64,000 bases of DNA from Candidatus Bathyarchaeota archaeon (GCA_963815095.1 CAWFFH010000007.1:1-64000); one strand, 5' to 3'; positions 43,682-53,565 are shown, numbered from the stretch's first letter. Notes: a model not told the origin generated them from the sequence alone. Numbers and translations are program-made.

Positions 43682-44215
43682 ATGGTTGAAACAATAAAAT
43701 ATGAAATCATACATGAAATAGACAAAGTAGAGATACGCAAGTACCCCAAAATTATCGTAGCCAAAGTCGAAGACCCCTCATACGGGTTCAACCTGCTATA
43801 CAGGTTCATTACCGGAGAGAATAGGCAAAAAGTCAAAGTGAAAATGACAACTCCAGTTGTCTCTCAAGAAATCCAAATGACATCACCCGTCCTTTCAGAA
43901 ACAGGAACAATGGCATTTGTCATGCCAAAAGAATTCACCCTTGAAACCACCCCCGAACCCTTAGATTCACGAGTAAAAATTATTGAAATCCCAGAAAGAC
44001 TCATCGCCGCATTATGTTTTTCTGGTGGATGGTCAGAATCTCATTTTGAAAAAGAAACACAAGAACTACTAAACGAGATATCTAAAGAAAAAATCAAAAC
44101 AAAAGGAAACGTATTCACAATGCTCTATAATCCACCATTTATCCCAGGATTCTTACGAAGAAATGAAGTTGCAATCGAAGTGGAATTCACTAATAGTAAA
44201 ACAGAAAATCTGTGA
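43682..44215 (+). CDS. SOUL heme-binding protein
   Basis: VET.KYE....VEIRKYP, F..LYRFITGEN, KMTTPV, MAFVMP and YNPPFIPGFLRRNEV. Confidence 0.9.
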   Translation: MVETIKYEIIHEIDKVEIRKYPKIIVAKVEDPSYGFNLLYRFITGENRQKVKVKMTTPVVSQEIQMTSPVLSETGTMAFVMPKEFTLETTPEPLDSRVKIIEIPERLIAALCFSGGWSESHFEKETQELLNEISKEKIKTKGNVFTMLYNPPFIPGFLRRNEVAIEVEFTNSKTENL

Positions 44216-44367
44216 CGTAGTCTCTAAGTATATTGCGCCGTTTTTTCCATCGGCAAGCGATTCCTGAGTCCTTATTTGTAAGGTCTGAGTTATAAGCTTT
44301 TTCAGACTTTTTCAAGCGCCACAATACTGACAACAATTGACGATTTGGCTATTGTTGAACACGAGCA

Positions 44368-44443
44368 CTTCAGTTGAGGCTTAAGATTTTTGGATAGAGT
44401 TTAGGGATTTGACATCGACGAATACGTCTGTTACGGATTTGTT
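44368..44443 (-). repeat. Nuclease 3'-end repeat, copy 5 (further stub at 44541-44554)
   Basis: CTTCAGTTGAGGCTTAAGATTTTTGGATAGAGTTTAGGGATTTGACATCGACGAATACGTCTGTTACGGATTTG. Confidence 0.85.
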
Positions 44444-44570
44444 TTGACAAAAGGCAACGTCCGCGTTTAAAAGGCACACGGCACCTGACAATATCTTCTT
44501 AAACAAACCAGTAGTAAGCTTTCGGTGGGTTATCAGAATAACGAATACATCTGTCCGGTTGGCGAAACGG

Positions 44571-44665
44571 GTCACTTACTCGAAAGAGAAGTTGCTGCTG
44601 ATGTTGCTGCAATTGCATTTGCACATCGACTGTTGCATCTTTCCAAGTTAACAAAAATTATGCAG
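44571..44665. repeat. ~95-bp GCA/TGC-rich element, copy 1
   Basis: Shares GTCACT, GAAGTTGCTG, ATTTGCACATCGAC.GTTGCATCT and AAATTATG with 57713-57802. Confidence 0.7.
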
Positions 44666-44783
44666 CCCAAAACGCTTAAGTTAACCCAAATTCTTTTTTG
44701 GTACAGCTCTTAACAAAATATTTTGGAACTTTGTGCAAAACATTTATTGTTTACTTTTTTCTAAATCTATGTGAGGTATTTTA

Positions 44784-45014
44784 ATAAAAGCTGATAAATC
44801 ACTAGATTGCTTAGGTTTGTTCTGTCCCGAACCGGTCTTCAACACCAGATTGCAATTGGATGAAATGAAGGTTGGCGAAACTCTAGAAGTCACAGCCGAT
44901 GATCCAGCAGCAAAATCTGACATCGAAAACCTCGCTAAAAACTTAGGCGACCAAGTCCTAGAAAGCAAACAGGAAAACGGCGTAACTCGAATAATAATTA
45001 AAAAGTTAAAGTAG
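44784..45014 (+). CDS. tusA: TusA/SirA sulfur carrier
   Basis: ADKSLDCLGLFCPEP...GETLEVTADDPAAKSDI. The frame is open back to 44775, but there is no canonical start before 44817. Confidence 0.85.
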   Translation: MKADKSLDCLGLFCPEPVFNTRLQLDEMKVGETLEVTADDPAAKSDIENLAKNLGDQVLESKQENGVTRIIIKKLK

Positions 45015-45034
45015 TCAAACGAAGGTACCTTATT

Positions 45035-46222
45035 TTGGAAACTGATAGTTCAAGAAGAATTTACATGGATTATTCAGCTGGAAAACCAGTTGACCCACGT
45101 GTAACTGATGCTATGTTGCCTTTCTTTAATTCAAGCTTTGGGAATCCCTCCTCAGTGCATACTTTGGGACAGGAAGCCAAAGGGGCATTACAAAATAGCA
45201 GAGAAGTTGTCGCGAAATTAATCAACTCAGAAACGCCAGAAGCCATAGTTTTCACTTCCGGCGCCACAGAAAGCAACAATTTAGCCATTAGAGGCACCGC
45301 TGGCCGAAACAAAAGCCGCGGAAACAAAATCTTAACCTCAAGCGTAGAGCACATGTCAATTGTCAACCCCTGTAAGTTAATGATTCGAAATGGATTTCAA
45401 GTCATATTCCTGCCCGTTGACAAGTTTGGGGTTTTGGATTTAGAAAAGCTAGAATCTGAGTTAGATGATCAAACTGTGCTTGTTTCAATCGTTTATGCAA
45501 ACCCCGAAATAGGAACCATTGAGCCGATTAAAGAAATCAGCAAAATTGTACATGCAAAAAAGGCTTTTCTTCACATTGACGCTACTGCAGCTTGTGGTCA
45601 AGTCCCAATTGATGTCCAAGATGAAAATATTGACCTGCTGACTATGTCAAGCAACGACATGTATGGACCAAAAGGCGTAGGAGCACTCTACATCAAACCC
45701 GGCACCACCATAGAACCCGTAAATCAAGGCGGAGGCCAAGAACGCGGATTACGGTCTGGAACCGAAAACGTACCAGGCATCGTTGGGTTTGCTAAAGCTG
45801 CCGAAATCGCCAAAAACGAAATGACCAACGAAAGCCAAAGACTAACTTTGCTACGAAACAACCTAATTAAAGGTCTAATCGAACCCATACCCTATTCATA
45901 CCTAAACGGACATCCAACCCAAAGGTTACCCAACAACGTATCAGTTAGATACAGCTTCATCGAAGGCGAATCAATACTTTTAAGCTTAGACATTATGGGT
46001 GTGTACGCTTCATCAGGATCAGCTTGTGCCGCAAAAACACTACAACCCTCACACGTTCTACTTGCTTTAGGCCTACAACCTGAAGATGCACATGGCTCCT
46101 TGATGGCGACTTTGGGAAAAGAAAACACACAAGAAGACGTGGACAAATTAACAAGTATAATGCCTGATATTGTTAAGAGACTAAGAGATATGTCTCCTCT
46201 AACTCCTAAGGAGCTGAAATAG
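45035..46222 (+). CDS. iscS: Cysteine desulfurase (IscS/NifS type)
   Basis: GNPSSVH, FTSGATESNN, YGPKGVGALY, GGGQERGLRSGTEN and SSGSAC. The usual PLP-binding SxHK motif reads SSND here. Confidence 0.92.
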   Translation: METDSSRRIYMDYSAGKPVDPRVTDAMLPFFNSSFGNPSSVHTLGQEAKGALQNSREVVAKLINSETPEAIVFTSGATESNNLAIRGTAGRNKSRGNKILTSSVEHMSIVNPCKLMIRNGFQVIFLPVDKFGVLDLEKLESELDDQTVLVSIVYANPEIGTIEPIKEISKIVHAKKAFLHIDATAACGQVPIDVQDENIDLLTMSSNDMYGPKGVGALYIKPGTTIEPVNQGGGQERGLRSGTENVPGIVGFAKAAEIAKNEMTNESQRLTLLRNNLIKGLIEPIPYSYLNGHPTQRLPNNVSVRYSFIEGESILLSLDIMGVYASSGSACAAKTLQPSHVLLALGLQPEDAHGSLMATLGKENTQEDVDKLTSIMPDIVKRLRDMSPLTPKELK

Positions 46223-46223
46223 C

Positions 46224-46610
46224 ATGTATTCTGAAAAAGTGATGCAACATTTTAAAAAACCACAAAACATGGGAGAAATCCCAAATGCCGACGGAGTGGG
46301 TTCAGTCGGAAACCCCACCTGCGGAGACCTAATGACGATGTACATAAAAGTTAAAGACAACCGCATTGAAGACGTCAAATTCAAAACCTACGGATGCGGA
46401 GCAGCCATCGCCACAAGCAGCATGACAACAGAACTCGCAAAAGGAAAAACAATCGACGAAGCAATGAACATAAGTCGCGCAAGCGTCGCCGAATCACTCG
46501 GAGGCCTCCCACCAGTAAAAATGCACTGCTCAAACCTAGCAGCAGACGCACTCCACGCCGCCATCGAAGACTACCAAAAAAAACAGAAAACAAAAGAGGT
46601 GGAAAAATGA
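46224..46610 (+). CDS. iscU: Fe-S scaffold protein IscU/NifU
   Basis: YSEKVMQHF.KPQNMG, GNPTCGD, GCGAAIATSS and LPPVKMHCS. Confidence 0.95.
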   Translation: MYSEKVMQHFKKPQNMGEIPNADGVGSVGNPTCGDLMTMYIKVKDNRIEDVKFKTYGCGAAIATSSMTTELAKGKTIDEAMNISRASVAESLGGLPPVKMHCSNLAADALHAAIEDYQKKQKTKEVEK

Positions 46611-46762
46611 AAAAAGAAACCACCAAATGTAATTGTTGCGGCACTGAAACCACAAGCGAACCTTGCCAACTTGCAGCTTACACCACCGAAATAGACGGAA
46701 AAAAAGTTAGTTTTTGCTGCCAAAATTGTGCACCACAAGAAAAGAAGGTGATAAAAAAATGA
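46607..46762 (+). CDS. 51-aa Cys-rich TRASH-like metal-binding protein
   Basis: CNCCG...C....EIDGKKVSFCCQNC; ATGA overlaps with both neighbours. Confidence 0.7.
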   Translation: MKKETTKCNCCGTETTSEPCQLAAYTTEIDGKKVSFCCQNCAPQEKKVIKK

Positions 46763-47178
46763 GTCAAACCAAAAAATTAGCATTAGTTGTTCAAAGCGGC
46801 ACAATCGATAAACTCTATTGCGCTTTCATTTTGGCATCCACATCAGTAGCCATGGGCTGGGAAGCACACTTATACTTCACATTTTGGGGATTACAAAGTC
46901 TAGCAAAAGGCGCTATGGAAAAAGCAGTGTTGCCTGGAGACTACAAACACCTAGAAGAAACAATGAGAAAGAATCTAGAACGCATGAAATATCCATCGCC
47001 CTACGATATGCTCAAACGCATTAAGCAATCAGGCTTATGTAAAATCTACGCATGCACACCAACGATGGAAATGTTTGGAATCAAAAGAGAAGACCTTGTT
47101 CCGGAAGTCGATAGTATGGTTGGCGCGGCAACCTTCCTTGATATTGCTGCAGGCGCAGACGTTTCAATGTTCATCTAA
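46759..47178 (+). CDS. DsrE2/DrsE-like sulfur relay protein
   Basis: LALVVQSGTIDK, LYFTFWGL, IYACTPTMEMFG and GAATFL. Confidence 0.88.
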   Translation: MSQTKKLALVVQSGTIDKLYCAFILASTSVAMGWEAHLYFTFWGLQSLAKGAMEKAVLPGDYKHLEETMRKNLERMKYPSPYDMLKRIKQSGLCKIYACTPTMEMFGIKREDLVPEVDSMVGAATFLDIAAGADVSMFI

Positions 47179-47542
47179 CAATCCAATCTCAAAACAAGAA
47201 CACATTGATTCAAACTACATTAAACAACTCAATTAGCTAAAACCCTTTTTCTCTTAAAAGAGATGGGCTCAGACGCCTTTGGATATGTATAGAAAAATTT
47301 CTTTCGATTCTCTACTTCCAGCTTGGAAGCAACCCAAAACCATATTTTAAATAAAATCCCAATGCAGATTCTATAGCATTTACAAACATGAACCTGCATC
47401 CAACTATCTTCGAGAACCTTAAACCTCTCAGCCAAATCGAAACTTGATCATTAAAACCCAAGACTAAACACCCAGAAAGCAACCCAAATTCATAGTGGAT
47501 GACAAAAAGCTGGAGAATTGAATAAATTAGGCGTTTTGAGAA

Positions 47543-47785
47543 TTAGACTTTCTTCTCGGGTCTTTGATGTTCAGTTTTCAAGTGGGTGGTTAATTCTTCT
47601 TTAGTATTGAATACTTTGCCGCATATTTTGCAGGCAAACTTGTTTGAGGTTGGGTTGTCCATTGGGGGAAGTGAAGAAGGTTTTTGATCGGGGGATTCAA
47701 GGGAGCCATCTGGCGGTGTTGGTGTTGTCAAATCGTCGAATGGGTCGTTTGACTTTTTTTCATAGGGAAAATCAGATTCACTCAA
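47543..47785 (-). CDS. C2H2 zinc-finger protein
   Basis: FACKICGKVFNTKEELTTHLKTEH. Confidence 0.75.
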   Translation of the reverse strand: MSESDFPYEKKSNDPFDDLTTPTPPDGSLESPDQKPSSLPPMDNPTSNKFACKICGKVFNTKEELTTHLKTEHQRPEKKV

Positions 47786-47996
47786 AATATTACCTTGAAT
47801 GCAAACGGGTTATTCTTCTTAAGCATTTGTGACTACCTAACAACAGCAACATAATGTACGGTCAGTTAAGCATGTCAGCGTCGTTTTATTTCTCTTTTCC
47901 GAGGGTTGAGCCCATAGGAGCGAGAAGTTGTTGCACCAACATTCTGCACACCGGTTGCAAAAACTAAAACTAATTCCTCAGAAAGTCTGAAACGCT

Positions 47997-48401
47997 CTAA
48001 AGGCAAGCGAGCATTTCTTCCACAGTAATTATTTTAATTCCCTCAAAAGTTTTGAGCCTCAGAAGGTGGCTGTCTCCAGTCACAATAATGTCAGCTTCTC
48101 CATCAACAGCCGTCTCGACAATCATATCATCTTTAGGATCTTCTTTGACTGCTTTGAGTTTTGATGTTACGTTTACAACATCTGCGGTTCTGATAAGAGC
48201 AAGGACAGTTCTGTGGATTTCATCTTCGCTTGTTTTAAATTTTGGGCGTCGAAGGACGGTTAAAAGTTCTTTTAGAATTAAATCTGATGTGATGATAGTA
48301 TACTGATTTGTTATGCCCCTTTTCAAGAGTTCTCTTGATTTTCCATCAGAAATTATTGCGCTTACCAAAACGTTAGTGTCAAGAACAGCTCGAAGCATCA
48401 A
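47997..48401 (-). CDS. vapC: PIN-domain toxin (VapC)
   Basis: AVLDTNVLVSA, DPKDDMIVETAV and IVTGDSHLL. Confidence 0.92.
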   Translation of the reverse strand: MMLRAVLDTNVLVSAIISDGKSRELLKRGITNQYTIITSDLILKELLTVLRRPKFKTSEDEIHRTVLALIRTADVVNVTSKLKAVKEDPKDDMIVETAVDGEADIIVTGDSHLLRLKTFEGIKIITVEEMLACL

Positions 48402-48406
48402 ATCAA

Positions 48407-48673
48407 CTATTTTGTTTTTCGAACGGCGGCTATTTCTTTTAATATTTCTTCATCAGATATCTTCAAATCTTTTTTATCCATCATCTTGAAGATGTCGTCC
48501 CATTCTTTCTTTAGGTCTGGGAGCTCAAGTTTCTTTAAAATAATAGTGTCGCCTCGCCCGTAGACTAGAAATTTGTTTTTCGGCTTTATTCCCAGTTCTT
48601 TGCGTATAGACTGGGGTATAACTACTTGGCCTTTTTCGCTTATTGTGGTAACTTCAGGCTCTTCGGTTGTCAT
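48407..48673 (-). CDS. AbrB/MazE antitoxin
   Basis: TTISEKGQVVIPQSIRKELGI. Confidence 0.9.
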   Translation of the reverse strand: MTTEEPEVTTISEKGQVVIPQSIRKELGIKPKNKFLVYGRGDTIILKKLELPDLKKEWDDIFKMMDKKDLKISDEEILKEIAAVRKTK

Positions 48674-48792
48674 ACCTATCAGTAAGAATAGTTTACTTTC
48701 ATACTATTATGCTTTCTTGAATAACATATTTTCTGAGAGTGCCCCCTCAATTATACCCTTTAGTATAATACCTTCCAGTACCTGATTTACTG

Positions 48793-50451
48793 TTAGGATT
48801 TTTTTCTTTTTAACCCAACAATAATGAAGCTTACAGCTGCAAATGCCATGATGACAAATAATGCAATTGGCTGGATATTAAATTCGTCAGCTGCAGAAAT
48901 TGGTGTTGAAGTTGGGGTTTGGGTGGGTTGGCTTTGGGTTACTCCGTCAGTGATGGTTACTCTGTGGGTGCTGTGGGTATAGGTGAAGCCTAAATTCCAT
49001 GAATTGCCATTATCCGCAAGCGCATAACTAACAGGGTTGTTATCTAGGGTTACTTTGAGGGCGCCGCCGTTTGGCATTACAGATTTGGCTATGGTGACGT
49101 TGGTGGAGCCTGCGGTGCCGCTGGGTCCGTTGACTGTGAAGCTGAGGGTTGCATTTTCAGCATTGAAGACTACTTCGGTTACGGTGCTGTTGGTTCCAAT
49201 GTGAAAAGGGTTGCTGCTATCTGAGCCGCCGCTGTTTGGCATGTTAATACTTGGAAACGCCATGGAGTTGGGCTGTGCATCTGGGTTTGGCGCACCCAGA
49301 ATTGGATTAATGCTTACCGTGCCGTCGTTGGGTTCAAAGGTGCTATCCCAAATGCCCTTTTCGATGGTTTGGGTGTCGTTTGTTCCCCACCAGTTACTGG
49401 TTGCATCAACATTTTTGCCTGTATAGAGGTAAAAGCTATAGTTGCCATTGTTTTCCAGGTTGTTGTTTTTCACGGTCAGGGTCGGCGAATTGCCTACCAC
49501 TATGCTTTCTTGGTTGTTTCTGATTGTGTTGTCGCTGATGATGGCGTCGGATGCTACGCTGAGGGCATGTCTTGTGGTGTTAACGATTAGGTTTCTCTGT
49601 ATGGTTGTGGTGCCGCCTTGCAAAACAGAAATTCCATCCATGCAACCTGTGATGACATTGTCAGTTATCACTGCGCCTGCGCCATGCAAACTATTTGTGT
49701 AGTCCGCGGTAATGCCAACCCCGCTACCAAGCCAACTATCATATAACAAGCCAAAGAGGCTGTCCACGTCGCCGTTAAAGTTAACATACTTAAAGCCGGT
49801 GATTAGATTGTTTGTTATGGTTGCGCCGCTTATTGACAATGAGATGCCACCCTCAATGGTATTATGCGAAATTACGGGAGCACCCACTTTGTCGCCTTCG
49901 CTAATTATCATGCCTATGATGCCGTTTGAGCTAATTGTTGGGGACCCGCCACTTATGCCTATTCCGCGTTGGCTATCGGCTCCATAAATAAGATTGTTTG
50001 AAATGCTGGGCGTCCCACCAGTTATTAATACTGGTTCGAAGTTGTTTGCTGAGCCTCGCCCAATAATGGTGTTACCCTCAATTGTGGCTGAACATCCAAC
50101 GATAAGATTAGTTGGATTTAGGATTGCATTCTCAATCACGCTGCCACCGCTGCCACCAAGGGAAACGTCTCCGCCTACAAAACTGATTTTTTCAGAACTA
50201 GTGCCTTTGGCAACCAAAACGCCGTTTACCTGCAGGGTGCAGTCACTGGGAATTTGTATGGTGACGCCAGGTTCAATTGTTAGTGTTGCGCCAGATTCGA
50301 CGGTTAGGTTTCCTGTTAAGGTGTAGGGGCTGTTGGCTTTGGTCCAAGTTGTACTGGAACTAATAGTTGTGGCGCCACAAACTGCAGCAACTACAAACAA
50401 CATCGCGCAAAGTAACAACGCGATTAATACAGCGCTTAACAAGCGTTTCAA
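48793..50451 (-). CDS. Cell-surface right-handed beta-helix (NosD/CASH-like) protein
   Basis: Signal peptide; WTKANSPY..GNLTV.SGATLTIEPGV; repeated I.NN.I; NWWG; C-terminal TM plus KRKKS. Confidence 0.85.
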   Translation of the reverse strand: MKRLLSAVLIALLLCAMLFVVAAVCGATTISSSTTWTKANSPYTLTGNLTVESGATLTIEPGVTIQIPSDCTLQVNGVLVAKGTSSEKISFVGGDVSLGGSGGSVIENAILNPTNLIVGCSATIEGNTIIGRGSANNFEPVLITGGTPSISNNLIYGADSQRGIGISGGSPTISSNGIIGMIISEGDKVGAPVISHNTIEGGISLSISGATITNNLITGFKYVNFNGDVDSLFGLLYDSWLGSGVGITADYTNSLHGAGAVITDNVITGCMDGISVLQGGTTTIQRNLIVNTTRHALSVASDAIISDNTIRNNQESIVVGNSPTLTVKNNNLENNGNYSFYLYTGKNVDATSNWWGTNDTQTIEKGIWDSTFEPNDGTVSINPILGAPNPDAQPNSMAFPSINMPNSGGSDSSNPFHIGTNSTVTEVVFNAENATLSFTVNGPSGTAGSTNVTIAKSVMPNGGALKVTLDNNPVSYALADNGNSWNLGFTYTHSTHRVTITDGVTQSQPTQTPTSTPISAADEFNIQPIALFVIMAFAAVSFIIVGLKRKKS

Positions 50452-50600
50452 CTAATATGCCCTCCACATCTCTACATACGTACGTCAGTATATATTTGCC
50501 CATCTCTGACAGAAACAAGTCAGTCAATTTTTAGAGCGTGATCGCATAGTTTAGCATAATTATTTAATATACGTGGAACCAATAGTAGATTCGACGTAAC

Positions 50601-50813
50601 ATGACCTCTGAAGTAGAGCTCAAAGAGATTAGGAGTTTGCTGCTGAAATTAAACAAGAAAGTCGACGGCTTAAACGACTTAGTGGAAGAGCGACTAATAG
50701 GTTCTGAGGAACCAACACAAGAAGATGTTGCTGCCATAAAAGAATATGAGGCTGCTAAGAAGAATGGAAAGCTGACTTTAGTTCCTTTGGATGATTTGGC
50801 AAAAGGGATTTAG
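50601..50813 (+). CDS. Putative antitoxin
   Basis: 70 aa, EEPTQEDVAAIKEY...LVPLDDL; upstream of RelE. Confidence 0.65.
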   Translation: MTSEVELKEIRSLLLKLNKKVDGLNDLVEERLIGSEEPTQEDVAAIKEYEAAKKNGKLTLVPLDDLAKGI

Positions 50814-50816
50814 CGT

Positions 50817-51080
50817 TTGACCAAACATTCGGTTTTTGTTGAAGTTAAAGCGCAAAAGCAACTCAAGAAAGCGCCTAAGCGTGATATAGAAAGAATAATT
50901 GAAGTTCTGAATATTTTAGCGAAAGAAGGGTTGTCTGCTAGACTGGATATTAAGAAGCTTCGAGGTTATCAAGGGCATTTTCGTGTAAGGTTAGGGGATT
51001 ACAGGTTAAGATTTGAGCTGTCTTCTGATCAAACAATTGTGATTTACTCCATTTCGCAACGTGAAAAAGCATATAAATAA
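50817..51080 (+). CDS. relE: RelE/ParE toxin
   Basis: KAQKQLKK...IKKLRG...FRVRLGDYRLRF...REKAYK. Confidence 0.88.
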   Translation: MTKHSVFVEVKAQKQLKKAPKRDIERIIEVLNILAKEGLSARLDIKKLRGYQGHFRVRLGDYRLRFELSSDQTIVIYSISQREKAYK

Positions 51081-51087
51081 TTCATAC

Positions 51088-51143
51088 TTACGGATTTGCT
51101 TAGCAAATGTTCTATTAATCCAAGGCACCGATACAGTAGACGT
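51088..51143 (-). repeat. Nuclease 3'-region repeat, copy 6
   Basis: TTACGGATTTGCTTAGCAAATGTTCTATTAATCCAAGGCACCGATACAGTAG, encoding RLLYRCLGLIEHLLSKSV. Confidence 0.8.
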
Positions 51144-51258
51144 TCGACCTTACGATTCTGTCGAGTGGAGAATTCAATTCCCATCGCGAGCTCTCCAAGG
51201 AATCGTTTAGCCGAAAGGTTTATTCGATCCACTATTCCACATAAAAGTAGGTAAAATT

Positions 51259-51912
51259 ATGAAAGGAAATATTTTGAACTTAGCAAATACTATGTCTACG
51301 TCAACTTCAGAATCACCCAAAAAAAATTCTAGAAAAACATTGATTGCAGTTGTAGTAATCGTGGTTTTAGTTGTTGCAATCGCAGCGGGAGTTTATCTCG
51401 CAACAAGCGGCAACGGCAACACTAACCCTTCAACATCGCCAACCCCCACTGCAACATCTAATCCTAATCCTAGTGCAACAGCAAATCCTACAACTAGCGG
51501 TGTCGGTGCAAATGTTGAGGGAGCAAGCAGTCTGCAGTTCACAGTAAGCGTTACAAATAGTTCAGGTGGATTGATAGGATCATACACCTACTATGTAAAG
51601 AATGCAGGGACATCCACTCAAATGGTGCGAATAGACTTTACAGATCCTTCTAGTGGAGATTTTGTCTACATTGTAAATAGCGCAACTCAACAGGTACTGA
51701 TTAAATCTGATGGACAATGGACTGATCTTTCAAGCACTTATGCAAGCCAATATGACACTTGGAACTCTGCTTTCTTAGGCTACAAAAACAGCCTTTCAAG
51801 CTGGGCAGGGACCGGGGACTGGACATATACCGATCCAGCTGGAGACACAGTCAAAATCACAAACATAAGCGTAAATCCAGCACTATCCGATTCCCTATTC
51901 CAACAAAGTTAA
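51259..51912 (+). CDS. Membrane-anchored protein with P/T/S linker and beta-rich domain
   Basis: TM helix, TPT linker, C-terminal NPALSDSLF (LolA-like ending). Confidence 0.65.
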   Translation: MKGNILNLANTMSTSTSESPKKNSRKTLIAVVVIVVLVVAIAAGVYLATSGNGNTNPSTSPTPTATSNPNPSATANPTTSGVGANVEGASSLQFTVSVTNSSGGLIGSYTYYVKNAGTSTQMVRIDFTDPSSGDFVYIVNSATQQVLIKSDGQWTDLSSTYASQYDTWNSAFLGYKNSLSSWAGTGDWTYTDPAGDTVKITNISVNPALSDSLFQQS

Positions 51913-52074
51913 ACTCTGCTGAAAAAAACAAAAATATCTCAACATTTTTTTTTAATAAATGAAAAAAGGTTAATGCTTCAAGAGATGGAGCTGTTGCAAC
52001 AGTATGTACAGGTTTTAGTGTTTGCATCTTCTTTTAAAAAAATAGAAAGGCAACTTCATCACAAAAGTTGTTTT

Positions 52075-53565
52075 TCATTCAATTGATGCGCCAACATCAC
52101 CCGTTGACGGAAGGGGATTCTTAGAAGAAGGTACTGCTGTATTCTTTGATGCTCGGTTAATTTGCAGAATAGAAGGAAGAATAGCTAGAGCGTTAACGAT
52201 TGCGATAGCAAAATATGCAGATTTGATGCTTGCCATGAAGAGCATTTGTTCAGATGACGTTACAGAAGTAGCGCCAACTTGAGTGATAATTCTTGTAATT
52301 AAAGAGTAGGGAGCTGTAAAGGACATAATCAATATGGCAAAGTTGAGGCTAACGCTTAATCCTATATTGAGAAAAAGCCCAACCAACGCCGATCCAACGC
52401 CGCGCCTCTGCATTGGAAGAGCACCCATTACAGACCGCAAATTTGGAGCTAAAAACAAGCCAGTAGCAACCCCCATAAAAGCCATATACAAAGCCAATAA
52501 AGAGTAAGGCGTTGAAGCATCAGTGGTCGATAAAAGAAAAAGCATCACAGATCCCAAACTCAAACCCGTCAAGATAAACCTAGAATACCCAAACCTATCA
52601 GACAGTGTTCCACTAAGCGGACCAACAGCCAAAAAAGCAATCTCAAAAGGCAAAATGCTAATACCCGCCTGCAACGGCGTCTGGCCTCGAGCCAGCTGAA
52701 ACTGCAAACTCAAAAGCAAAAGCATAGCTGCCCAAGCTATAACATTAAGCAAAACAGCCAAAACCCCACCAGAAACTTCCCTGATTCTAAAAATATGAAA
52801 ATCAATCAAAGGAGACCGACTGCGCCTCTCCCACAAAACAAACAGCAACACAAAAATTCCAGACGCCACAAAAAGCCCCAAAACAACCGCCGACTCAACT
52901 GAAACGTAAGCGCTAATTGTTAAACCAACCATCAAAGATAAAAGAAAAACTGCAAATAAACCAAATCCAACCCAATCAATCTTTGCATTTTTATCTAAAA
53001 CCGCCACTTCTTTTAGTCGCCTTCTCGCCCAAAAAGTGCCAAAAATCCCTACGGGAATATTGATGTAAAAAAGAGCTCGCCAATCCAGAAAAGACAAAAT
53101 TAAGCCACTTAAAGTTAAGCCCAATATTGCTCCGGCTCGATATGAGATTTGGTTGATTCCAACAAACAAACCCAGCTGGCGGCGAGGAGTGGCATCTGTT
53201 ACAATGGCGATGCTGTTGGCAAAAATAAGAGCTGCACCTGCTCCCTGAATGGCTCTAAATATTATTACTGAAAGAGGGTTAAAGCCCAGGCTTGTTAGAG
53301 CTGATCCAACGGTGAAGATGGCAAACCCAAACCAATAGAGTCGCACTCTACCAAAAATATCAGACAACCGCCCAATCAACAACAACAAAACGGTAGTTGT
53401 TAAGACATAGGACTGGGTAATCCAAACGGCTTGCTCTGCATCTGCACCTAACTGATGAGCAACCTGCGGCAAACCTATGATGACTATGCGGGCGTCAAGT
53501 CCAACCATAAAAATGCCGATGGTTGTAACAGTTATGGCTACCCATTTATACTCCAAAAAAATCAC
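52075..53565 (-). CDS. MFS efflux transporter (DHA2-like, 14 TMS)
   Basis: GRLSDIFGR, RAIQGAGAA, WRALFYINIPVG and GTLSDRFG. Confidence 0.9.
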   Translation of the reverse strand: MIFLEYKWVAITVTTIGIFMVGLDARIVIIGLPQVAHQLGADAEQAVWITQSYVLTTTVLLLLIGRLSDIFGRVRLYWFGFAIFTVGSALTSLGFNPLSVIIFRAIQGAGAALIFANSIAIVTDATPRRQLGLFVGINQISYRAGAILGLTLSGLILSFLDWRALFYINIPVGIFGTFWARRRLKEVAVLDKNAKIDWVGFGLFAVFLLSLMVGLTISAYVSVESAVVLGLFVASGIFVLLFVLWERRSRSPLIDFHIFRIREVSGGVLAVLLNVIAWAAMLLLLSLQFQLARGQTPLQAGISILPFEIAFLAVGPLSGTLSDRFGYSRFILTGLSLGSVMLFLLSTTDASTPYSLLALYMAFMGVATGLFLAPNLRSVMGALPMQRRGVGSALVGLFLNIGLSVSLNFAILIMSFTAPYSLITRIITQVGATSVTSSEQMLFMASIKSAYFAIAIVNALAILPSILQINRASKNTAVPSSKNPLPSTGDVGASIE

